Below, in pieces: positions 12,701-21,238 of a DNA stretch of 64,000 nucleotides (position 1 is its first letter; every line of letters starts with the position of its first letter). This DNA comes from Amoebophrya sp. A120 (Eukaryota > Protista > Dinoflagellata). Under the pieces are notes generated by a model. The model searched no databases. It saw only the letters and a program-made list of their open reading frames with translations, and had not been told where the DNA came from. Both the position numbers and the translations under genes were made by a program. The DNA is taken from assembly GCA_905178155.1 (NCBI GenBank), contig CAJINV010000001.1:12321832-12385831 (forward strand), in the 5' to 3' direction.

Positions 12701-12975
12701 ATGCCGCTCATGTTATTCTGAATTAATACTACATTTGTGTTGCTGAGGAGGAGTGCGCAAAGCTTTGGGACCACTTTTTGAGGCAGCTTTTTCGTGGGAT
12801 ACCTATGAAGCGGCCAGATGGCAAACCAAGTGGGCAAGCGCGGATCTACCTGCACGGAGGTACACCGCAGGACGCAATCGAGATGCAGTCCAAGTTACAG
12901 TTCAAATACATGGGAAACCGGTACCTGGAGGTGTTTGTCGAGAACCCGCCAAACCACAAAAGAAATTATTCTTGA
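776..12975 (+). CDS. Long multi-exon, low-complexity (S/T/A/Q/P-rich) protein with C-terminal hnRNP H/F/ESRP-type quasi-RRM; interrupted by 7 inverted-repeat introners plus canonical introns (2641-2889, 7679-7916, 11919-12084). Several junctions unresolved; could be more than one gene
   Basis: ORF-track pieces join in frame when elements are removed (RMI|PPREEE, GRVT|EFPS, SAGK|TTST, KTLST|GTEQ, ASA|SSKGKK...YNGGA|PSMSCGTPS|TSTTT). C-terminal exons read VMPRLRLRGLPFTAAEADIL ... RPDGKPSGQARIYL ... KYMGNRYLEVF, typical qRRM motifs. Confidence 0.6.
1770..2033. mobile_element. Introner/MITE family A (264 bp), TSD GATGA
   Basis: TIR TATCAAATGCAAAAATGTCTGGGTCTGGAAG ... CTTCCAGACCCAGACACTTTTACACTTGATA; GATGA at 1765-1769 and 2034-2038; excision restores frame. 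Confidence 0.92.
2109..2388. mobile_element. Introner/MITE family B (280 bp), TSD GTAAC
   Basis: TIR TATCTTGTGTAAAAACGTCCCCACACCATAG ... CTATGGGGTGGGTACGTTTTTACATAGGATA; GTAAC at 2104-2108 and 2389-2393; homologous to 60424-60703. Confidence 0.92.
3745..3998. mobile_element. Introner/MITE family A (254 bp), TSD GCAAA
   Basis: TATGCATTGCAAATATGTCTGGCTCTGGAA ... TTCAAGACCCAGACATATTTGCAGTTGATA; GCAAA at 3740-3744 and 3999-4003; excision joins ORF 2941 to ORF 3947 in frame. Confidence 0.9.
5645..5689. repeat. Two 20-bp direct repeats TGCACGTCGTGCGGAAGATC (period 25), in a probable intron
   Basis: Exact copies at 5645-5664 and 5670-5689. Confidence 0.85.
6268..6734. mobile_element. Introner/MITE family C (467 bp), TSD CGACG
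   Basis: TATGAGAG...GTGCACACC ... GGAGTTGTGCACTCTCATA; CGACG at 6263-6267 and 6735-6739; excision joins ORF 5734 to ORF 6701 in frame; ends similar to 36555-36770. Confidence 0.88.
8470..9810 (+). CDS. Retroposon-borne K/E/R-rich ORF, probably 5'-truncated, no reverse transcriptase motifs
   Basis: ORF 8434-9810, whose first 12 codons come from the MITE arm; highly charged; contains compact motif FYEAETYEGTRRGYVFKRGMMGQGYYID. Confidence 0.55.
   Translation: MREKIEKAENEVPDLAIVMRRGKGTADRAEVKRNTEEGKREEIPLRVANVLNHDNEYTEWVRFDFGPKRIPLKPVWEWPEMSKIERQVYIHRKTKEKETGGDEKKKKEDVGDGKEIGQDTEKKDRANPQNTKAPKKTGSAAKTGEESSATSSQDKRSQPDKKDKKEGKREDRREGEALSETILRLIEKEKRKAEENGDEMAQGAFRIIQKATKLLQEVEGMEKDEGKRMADEKAEVGATDEKRDDNSEDREKDEQKDFYEAETYEGTRRGYVFKRGMMGQGYYIDQGPEEATRAFFRNLVAWGEDEKKDATKKEQAEIDGKYTEAKQEQQKKRKIEKEGEQVSHEDGCRDAGKKREQEAHKFPTVEQLMADGAILEQEEEKQRESERRKQEEKKRRRQMQYETPMQRELAQMYRAPQEDNSNKKRTMTARNFEHYANKIEADAWKV
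10613..10682. repeat. 2 x 35-bp tandem repeat just upstream of the retroposon tail
   Basis: GGTAT(C/T)GGCAGAGGCTAAATCTGTTCTAACGCCCA twice, one mismatch. Confidence 0.9.
10903..11224. mobile_element. Introner/MITE family D (322 bp), TSD GTGCC
   Basis: TATTGAAAGGAAAAATCCCCCTCCCCATATC ... GATATGGGGAGGGGGATTTTTCCTTTTGATA; GTGCC at 10898-10902 and 11225-11229. Confidence 0.88.
11257..11508. mobile_element. Introner/MITE family A (252 bp), TSD CATCG
   Basis: TATCAAATGTAAAAATGTCTGGGTCTGG ... CCAGACCCAGACATTTTTACAGTTGATA; CATCG at 11252-11256 and 11509-11513. Confidence 0.92.
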
Positions 12976-13113
12976 TGAAACTAAAGCCACTCGTCCACTT
13001 GCAGCAGAAGACACGTACTTTTTTTTTTCTCCTTTTCCTTTTCGTACGGGCCGCCGCTCATCTTGACCTCGTTGCGGCTTTTTGTCGTTGACAAGCAAGG
13101 AGGACAGAGATGC

Positions 13114-13431
13114 TATGAATTGCAAAAGTGTCTGGGTCTGGAAGATTGCAACTTGTCATGCTAAATCTGAAGCATGCAAAAATCTGTGTTCCATGAGTGC
13201 CAAAAGCTGTCCCCTTTTGACCAAGTTGGAACGGAGTTTCTCATGCAGAATAGGCATGGCAGAGGCCTCGCAGAGTCTGTCATGCTAAGTCCGGCATTCC
13301 AGACCTCATGGGTCATGGAATGTATTGGTTGAGGACTGATCCCTTCATCTAAGTGCCATCAGCCATGGTATCTGGAAAATCTGCATGACAAGTCTACACT
13401 CTTCCAGACCCAGACATTTTTGCATTTGATA
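13114..13431. mobile_element. MITE family A (318 bp), TSD GATGC, in 3' UTR or intergenic DNA
   Basis: TATGAATTGCAAAAGTGTCTGGGTCTGGAAG ... CTTCCAGACCCAGACATTTTTGCATTTGATA; GATGC at 13109-13113 and 13432-13436; about 140 nt after the qRRM stop codon. Confidence 0.92.
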
Positions 13432-16400
13432 GATGCTGTTCCTGTACGTTCCCTCAATTTTTTTCCACTCCAGCTGAGATCTCTAGTCCCGCCGACCTTG
13501 ATGACCTTCTAAAAAAAACAGCGACACCAACAATATCCTTCTCGTGTCTCACTTGTTCACTTCTGGCTCTCTACTTTAGTGAATTTTTTTTGATTCTGTG
13601 TCCTGCGAGTTCACCTTCACCGAGTTTGGCGAACCAGCGTTATAACTTGCAGCTAGTACACGATTAGATTCTCTTTTTCAACAGGATTTTGTCCTGCTAT
13701 TTCCTCCGGCTCCCTACTTCTAATACTACATGGTAGTCACCGGTAGTTTAGCTTTAGACTTGCAGTGTCGCAAACGCGCCGACAAAACTGTTCATTTCAC
13801 GCCGGATTGGAGCTCCGACACAGCCGTTCGGAACTCACAAAGGAACTCTGCTATTATTCAGATTATCATCCGCGCCCCTTCTTGCTGCTCCTGCACTGGA
13901 TGAGGGGGGGATACTTGTGCCGCAGCCGCGCCGCTCTCCCTCAGCGACCATCTAACCTTTGCAGACGTGCAGATTGTAACTTTATTCAATATGAACTAGT
14001 AGAACTTTGAGCAGCATGAGAAAAATGTGTGGGGGCGCTCTGATAGTTGTTGAGGCAGTGGCTCCATTAAAGAAAGATATACAAATCTTTCTAGTTCCCG
14101 CGTCCGCCTACGTTTAAAGGTAGTTACTCTATTAATCAGCTCTCTCTAGTTTGCAAATGGAGCGGTCTTTAAAGCCATGCGCAATGCTTAACTTGTCTGC
14201 GGTCTGTCAGCCTGCATTGCCGCAGATGAATGCAAATTGAAATAGAAATACCTCGTTGAAGGTGCGCCAAATAAGCAAGGAGAAGGGAGGACCTCCGACC
14301 CAAAAAGACTACGTCTATAGTAGTAGCAGGTATATTAGGGCTGCAGACTAGATATCGTATCGTAATGAAATTGAGTTTTTTTTGAAGGTTTCATACAAAG
14401 TTAGAAAAGTGATCTGACGAATCGACTCTATGAGCTACGACGCGATCTGCAGAGGGCGCGAACAAGAGGTGGCAACAACGTTATTTTTTATTCTTTGAAC
14501 TTTATCCCGTTCTTGTCGGCCCTACCGCGGTAGTACCTGCTTCTGCTATTTCCAGACAAGAATCAGGCGGACTGCATTCCTTTCCTGTAGCTTGCACCTG
14601 CAGGTGGGCAAGCTGGACCGCCGTGGTCCTTGCAGCTTGCAGTGTGCCTACGATTGCTTCGTTAGACGTTGTGTGATAGAAATGCAACTTGTTCTAACCG
14701 TATCACGATGCGTCGATGGTGGACTCCCACGATGATCGCTTTAACTTTAAATGTGCTCTGAAAAATGTGCTGCAAAACACGACATGGAAAGATGGGAATA
14801 GAGCTGCTATCCCCGTTTCTACGAGCTCCGTCATCTTGAGTACCTGAGTGCTTAGTTATACACGTCCACTTGAATACTCACACGGCGTGAGACTGCAGTG
14901 CAAGAAAAAATAAGACACAGTTGCTGCATGGTAAAAAGACCAAGAAATAGTCCTACCGAGGACATTCTCGAATCAGTTTTCCCTTCAGTTCAGTACAGAG
15001 TGTGCGAAAATTACCATACGCATGCGCGGAATACGAGAAATATGAATATCAATATCAATATCAAAGTGCCTTGCATTAATAGAGCAGCATTAAGTACTTA
15101 CTAGCTGTTGTGCACACACCTCCACCAGCCTTCAACATACTTTTTCGTCTTTTGAACTAAAACGCACTACTCGTCCCACATTTTTAGATGTCTCTGAGGG
15201 TGTGCTGGTGCTGAGTGTCTGGATGTAGGAGCCTTTTTCTGTCAAAAGAGAAAAAACGAAAACCCAGGAGGCAAACTGCTCCCTACACTTTTTCTTGTAC
15301 ACCCGCGCCAGAGAAGTCGGTAGCATATCCCAAGGGGGGACGAGTTTACTTTTTGGATATGCATTTTTAATTTTGTGAAAGAAAAAGAATAACAATGCTC
15401 GTGTTGCTAATTTTCTCGTACTTCTACTTCATCTTCACAAACTAAACAAACTTCACGCTATTTGCCCGCTTCTCTTTTCTATACCGATTTTTTTCCTTTC
15501 ATTCTGCCCTTTTACGTGCTTTTTGACCTGTGCTATGTGTCCACGCATACGCGAAGAGCTTAACATGCCCCTTTGAAAGAAACGGGAAGGGCTGGAGCTT
15601 CCACGGCAAGGGCCGCTCGCTACATTCCACTCTGCCCGTTGGTTCGCTCTCCCATTTTCCGAAAATACCAAAGTAAAACCCACTAGTCCCCACCTCCGAG
15701 CGTACACGAGAAAATGCTCGCGAAACTACTTGCTTAAGCAACACATTCTTTGACCGTGTGCCTTGCAAGAAATGTATGCACCAAAAGGAAGAGCCAGGTA
15801 AAGATATTGAAGGAGGCTGAAGAAGCCACGGCCAGGTGAAAGAACAAAAAACTTCTTTCATAGTTCTTTTTTCTTACAGTGAAACAACAAACATAAGATG
15901 AGACGGATAATCGAGAAGGCAAAAAATAACTCAAGAATGACCACGAATAACGAGGATGACCTTCGGATGAACACTTTTCTTTTCTTCGATGTCGACAGAT
16001 GTGAATTTGAACCTTTTCGAGCCTCAAGGTCAAGTAAACTTGTTGCCAAGCAGCACGACGGAGAACTTTTTGGTTGTTTCTGTGCAATCTGCTCCTATGA
16101 ATATCACTGATATTCATAGGAGCAGATTGCACTGATAATCAGTATCATGTTTAGATTATCACATTGCTACAAATCGTAGCAGAAGATCTTCAAGCAGAAC
16201 AAAGTATATGATGTGATCAAATTCCAACTTCAAGAAAAAGAATTCCAAGGTATTACAAAAGCATGATGAATTTGCGATCGGATGAAAGACGTTCCTCCTC
16301 AGGATCAGTTTTTTTTTTGATATTTAGATGACATGGTGTGCTAGATCCATGGTGGACAAATTGAGGATCAATCTGCGATCTTGGCAAACAAAAAATAGAT

Positions 16401-16627
16401 GTTAGCGCACAAGAGAGTATGGTCGTGAATTTGTGTGTTGTGTGTGTTTTTATGTTGCTCACGAAGATTTCTTGTTGACAGTGCTGGTTGAATTTATTCG
16501 GCATTCTTGCCACTTTTGGGAAAAGATACGAGTAGTTTGAATGCTTTCATCTTGCCTTTTTGGCAGACACTTTTAGTTCTCGACCCTCTTCCGTATGTTT
16601 CACTAGCCCAGAATCAACAAAGCTACT

Positions 16628-18406
16628 ATGGTTGTCGAAGCAGAAGCTCCCGCGGTAAAGGAGTCTGCCGCGGCCGCGCGTCGCCGCAGAAAGAAGGCGG
16701 CTCAACAAAAGGAAAGCAACAAAAACAGGGGCGGGGCTACTACAGCTGTGAGGAAGAACAAAAAAAAGAAAAACAACTACTGGGACAAAAAACAATATGG
16801 TGATAATTATGCCTACAGTGGCTGGACGGGCGGTCGTGGGAAGTCGTATTCTACTTCTACCAGCAAGAACGGCACCAACAGCGCAGCCACCGGGCCACAT
16901 GCACCCACATCTTCAACAGCATGGAGCACGGAGCACCAATCGCAAGCAGAGCCGATGCAAAACAAGCCACCACAATTTGCAAATGTACAAGCGGACGATC
17001 ACTGTGAAACGCCCAAGGTCGCGTACGAAGACGTCGCGGGCTTGCTGGATGCGTATGTCGACTGGCGAAATTCATCCACGATGCGCCGCGCGACGAGCGA
17101 AAATGCCTGTAGTCCCTCTCTTGCTGGCGATAATTGTTCCTCGTCGTCCTCTACTTCATCATCCAGCAAACCTTCAACACAAAAGCTGACCCGCGCCGGT
17201 TTGCGCCTGTACGATCCGTATTTCTGTACCGGGAAGATGAAGACGCACTTGGCGAATCTGGGGTTCCACGATGTCTACAACGAGCCCGTGAACTGCTACT
17301 CGCAGTGGAAGGAAGAGACTACCAGGAAGAGCTTGATTGACTCGTTCGATGTGCTGATTACCAACCCGCCCTACTCGGGCGACCATCTGCTGAAATTGCT
17401 GGACTTCTGCCGGAAAAAATGCAAAGTGGCTCCGGCCAAAGCAGCAGAAGCCGCTGCCGTAGTACCTCCGTCATCTGCAACTCGTGGTCCACCGGAGCAG
17501 TCCGAGGGCGCGAACAAGAAGAGGACCACCGCAGAGATTTTGGACAACGAAAGTCAGCCACTGCAGGAGAACGTCGGAACAACAAGCGTCAAGAACACAT
17601 CAGAAGATGGAGATGCACACCCACCTCTTCTTCCGTACAACGGCAAGCTCTTTCTCCTCTGTTTGCCGAATCACTATTACATCAAGTATGCGAATTTGTG
17701 TCGGGAAATGCGGTACGTGGTCCCCTCCACAAGGTATTCCTACGCACGCTACTTTGGAAGCAGCGCGAAAACTGCCCCCTTTTCGAGTTTGTGGTATGTC
17801 TTCGCGGATCAAGCCTTTTTCGACTTTCTGGATGACAGGATGTTGAATCAACCGCTTAGGAAACCACCATCTACAGTTCCTTTTGCAAAGGCTCAACCGA
17901 CCGCGGGTCCTACTTCCGGCGGCACTTCTAGTGCTGCAGCAACTATGTCGTTTGCCGAGCAGTTGCTCATGGCAGATAATGAGGAAGATGCAGATGCTGG
18001 AGAAAAGGAAGACGGGAAAAGCATCCCCCGGTGCGGCCAGAACTGCGCAAGCATGAGTTTTCAGTTGGTGACCGCTGACAAGATTCCTGACCTATGGAAG
18101 TGCGACGAAGATCCCACAAAGAAGTACGTGAAAAAAGAAAAGAACTCCAAGGGTCTGCAGGTCTTTGCAAAATGCGGACAGACACTCGGAAACTGTAAAC
18201 ACACACGAGGAGTGGAACTGAACAATTCGACAGCAGAATCATTGCCACCGGGTGCGCTACAGAAAGAAGAAAAGCAAGCGAGAATGACAAAGGAAAAAGG
18301 TGCAGTTACGGTTACTGACGACAAAGAAGCTCCGCTTGTCGCGGCTGAAAATACCGGCGATTCAGCGAAGAAGAAAAAAAAGAAGCGAAAAGTGGTAGGC
18401 TCGTAG
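16628..18406 (+). CDS. Putative N6-adenine (amino) methyltransferase with low-complexity insertions, single exon
   Basis: 592-aa ORF with DDHCETP, SAM-binding-like LYDPYFCTG, catalytic FDVLITNPPYS and FLLCLP strand; basic NLS-like termini. Confidence 0.7.
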   Translation: MVVEAEAPAVKESAAAARRRRKKAAQQKESNKNRGGATTAVRKNKKKKNNYWDKKQYGDNYAYSGWTGGRGKSYSTSTSKNGTNSAATGPHAPTSSTAWSTEHQSQAEPMQNKPPQFANVQADDHCETPKVAYEDVAGLLDAYVDWRNSSTMRRATSENACSPSLAGDNCSSSSSTSSSSKPSTQKLTRAGLRLYDPYFCTGKMKTHLANLGFHDVYNEPVNCYSQWKEETTRKSLIDSFDVLITNPPYSGDHLLKLLDFCRKKCKVAPAKAAEAAAVVPPSSATRGPPEQSEGANKKRTTAEILDNESQPLQENVGTTSVKNTSEDGDAHPPLLPYNGKLFLLCLPNHYYIKYANLCREMRYVVPSTRYSYARYFGSSAKTAPFSSLWYVFADQAFFDFLDDRMLNQPLRKPPSTVPFAKAQPTAGPTSGGTSSAAATMSFAEQLLMADNEEDADAGEKEDGKSIPRCGQNCASMSFQLVTADKIPDLWKCDEDPTKKYVKKEKNSKGLQVFAKCGQTLGNCKHTRGVELNNSTAESLPPGALQKEEKQARMTKEKGAVTVTDDKEAPLVAAENTGDSAKKKKKKRKVVGS

Positions 18407-19350
18407 CTGATGAATTGTGCAAATGTATTGATTTTCCACAACAGACAACCTGCAAAATTATGATTTACAAAAGCGACATTTACAACAGTCATTCCAAAAA
18501 TCGCAACGAGCTTGCTGATCTTTCCAGAAGCCGCTCGGACGATGAAGTCACACAACGGATCTCTTCCACATCAGGGCGTGACGAATCGCAAACTCGTCAA
18601 GCGATCACGCCCCTGGAGCATGTATGTGTTGCTTTATCACCTTGACTTAGCGGTTCTCACTTGATATCATCAAGTAAAGGATCTGCAAGCCGGGCGAGGG
18701 CAAGATCAACAACGAGGTTCAGGATCCACGAAGGATCTGCAATCACGAGATCTGAAAGCCACGAAGTCCTAATTCACCAACGAGGCTAGTAGGAGGACAG
18801 CATCAACAAGATCGATACGTATATGCATTTGAAGCAAAAATGGCATCGCGACTCAGATCCTCCATCTAATGACTTTGTTGCATATCCAGATGGAGGACGT
18901 GTTTGGTGGGGACCTGAAGGAAAATGTTCGAAAATGCTCGATAGATCAAATTTTCGATGAAAGCGCGTAAGCAAATTTGGATCTTCGTCTGGAATGTCCT
19001 TACAATGACTTGTATGGACAATTTTGTTCCTGAAGTGAAAGCAGGCGCGTCTGAAGTTGAGAACTGTTGTCGGAACACGTAGAAAAAAAAAGTTCCCAAA
19101 TATTTACTCGTCATCAAGGAGGGAAATATCGATACATAGCAGAAAGATAATACTCATGTCTCTTCTTGCTGCGCGACGCCTAGCTTGGAAACGCACACGC
19201 AATTGGAGGCTTCGCTTTTGCGCTCCAGTTTTGAGGAAAGCGAAGACGGTGTGCGCAGCGAGTGAAAGAGAGCTTGAGATTCGGCGCAGATTGCTTTCCT
19301 TCTTTCGAAGAAGTTCGAGGAGACAACGCCAGTCAGTCAGAAAAGCAAGA

Positions 19351-20622
19351 ATGGACGAAGCGCGACCTGCTGGCGCGGAGAGCAATAAAGGGAACAATAA
19401 AGCGATGCAGCCGCCGTCGGCAGGTTGTTCCGTCGCAGATCAAGAAGCTCATGGTACTACTACACCGCAGGGGCAAGACAGCTCTTTCTCACCAAAACCG
19501 AGGACATTCGAGGGTTCCAGTTCATCACGCTCTACTTCATCGACGACAAGACAGCGGGTCCTCGAGAATCCACGGCGAGACGAGCCTGATCATGCTCTTG
19601 GAACAACAAACGACAGCGCCAACAACAGCAAGTTCGTGAAGATTCTTCTCCCGAAAGGCTGGCGCGGGGGCGTTTCGTTCGGGCTCCCTTCTGCTGACGT
19701 GGATGACGATGAGATGGCTGATGAAAAAATAACCAACGAGGACAGGAAGCTACGAAGCAATTTTACCACCGTCCACGGCCAGAAGATCGCAAACTACCTC
19801 GTCGTCACAGAAGTTGCGAAGGTGGCCTTCTCGTCGAAGAAATTCAATGCGAAAAACCAACTGGACGATGTTGCCCAAGGCGATCGCGTCGTCGCGGTGA
19901 ACGGTTTTTCCTTTGCGGATTTGGCCAAGGAAATACTGGAGGACGGGTTTATTTCGGAAGCGCCTAAACTAACGGGTTCGTCTGCTCCTCCGGCGAGTTC
20001 GAGCACAACCGCCGAGAAAACTCCCGGTCAGGCAGACAGCGACCTCCTGGCAGGAAAACTTGGCAGTTTGAGCCTAGCGGAAAGCAAGAACGGCACGCGG
20101 GAGGATGAAGATCCGAGAACGGAGGCAGAGAAGCAAAGAGCAAAGAAAATGATGCTTCTGGACATGAGTCTAGACGATATCAGTGCGAAGAACAAGGGAA
20201 CAAATAAGCAAGGAAACAAGGGCAAGAAAGGAAAGGGGAAGGCCAACGCCAAGGCAACAAAGCACGGAAAAAATAAAGCGACCAGCGATAGCGAAGCATC
20301 AGCTTCAGCGAGTACAGCGATTATTGCGAATTCGGCTGGCAGTGCGGCAACCGGACTTGTGGACGGCAAGGAAGATGCACTAGTCTCTTCCCCTACAACT
20401 AAACCAGGGCTGTACAATACGTGCCACAAGCATCCCGTGCAGAAACACCGCATCGGCTCGGTCGGAAAATTTTCCGATCTCGTTTGCTCGTCCTGCGACT
20501 TTCTAAGGACGGTCAAGCAGAGTGGAGCGATCGTTGCCATTCCGCTCTGGATTCGAGCGGTCAAAGACGATGACGACACGCGGATCACACTTACGATTGA
20601 ACGACGTGGTTCGTCCGAGTAA
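19351..20622 (+). CDS. Hypothetical protein with PDZ-like segment and Cys/His cluster
   Basis: Long ORF, likely ATG at 19351; VAQGDRVVAVNG resembles the PDZ GDxIxxVNG motif; CHKHP...CSSC near the C-terminus. Confidence 0.6.
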   Translation: MDEARPAGAESNKGNNKAMQPPSAGCSVADQEAHGTTTPQGQDSSFSPKPRTFEGSSSSRSTSSTTRQRVLENPRRDEPDHALGTTNDSANNSKFVKILLPKGWRGGVSFGLPSADVDDDEMADEKITNEDRKLRSNFTTVHGQKIANYLVVTEVAKVAFSSKKFNAKNQLDDVAQGDRVVAVNGFSFADLAKEILEDGFISEAPKLTGSSAPPASSSTTAEKTPGQADSDLLAGKLGSLSLAESKNGTREDEDPRTEAEKQRAKKMMLLDMSLDDISAKNKGTNKQGNKGKKGKGKANAKATKHGKNKATSDSEASASASTAIIANSAGSAATGLVDGKEDALVSSPTTKPGLYNTCHKHPVQKHRIGSVGKFSDLVCSSCDFLRTVKQSGAIVAIPLWIRAVKDDDDTRITLTIERRGSSE

Positions 20623-21238
20623 GTAGAAATACGCGGTCAATGCGCAGCAGAGAACGCTTTACTTAATATGTTCCGTTTTGATGTGGTGCATTTGTGTAGT
20701 TTCAACGGCCTTTATATCGCAAGCGACGCAAAAGAATGCAAAGACACATTTATTTTGGAAACCAGCCTGCGCATAGCCAATGTGGACGGCAACTTTAAAG
20801 AAAAACTCATGTGATGTTCTGCGTGAAACATTATTAGACAGTACGTCATCTATCGATGAGATTCTCTAGTCAACCAGCTATGGTGTCGTATTTCGTGGTG
20901 AATCGTGCACTGCATACGTAACTCCTGGAAGTGCATCAAGAAAAAGTTCGTTTTTTTTTTTGAAGATCCCGTTCGCCACTTCTTAGTTTTCTTGCACATG
21001 CAAGCGCCTAGCTCCATGTCCATGCTTTCTTTCGTAACAATAGCTCGTCGTTTCGATGCGCTGTCATGCCGACTTATTGCTGTGCATTCCCATTTCTCTT
21101 TTCCGTGTGCTTATTTGATATCGCGTCTCTGTGTACAGTCAAGCGTTCTACTAGCTATTTTTGCATTCTATGAATATTCAGAGACGGTTGCAAAAAGAAA
21201 AATGTTGCGCAGTTTAGCAAACTTCCAGTTGAAACAAC

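Noticed and set aside
12377-12809. 13-bp direct repeat GGATACCTATGAA (about 12377 and 12797) as an intron boundary in the RRM
   Set aside because: No inverted repeats and no clearly better protein; exon structure here cannot be resolved without cDNA.
13440-16600. Short ORFs such as 15898-16110 in the gene-poor interval
   Set aside because: No recognisable motifs or convincing exon chain.
18702-18721. 20-mer similar (17/20) to 47194-47213 in GATC-rich spacers
   Set aside because: Matches of this quality are expected by chance in a 64-kb self-comparison.
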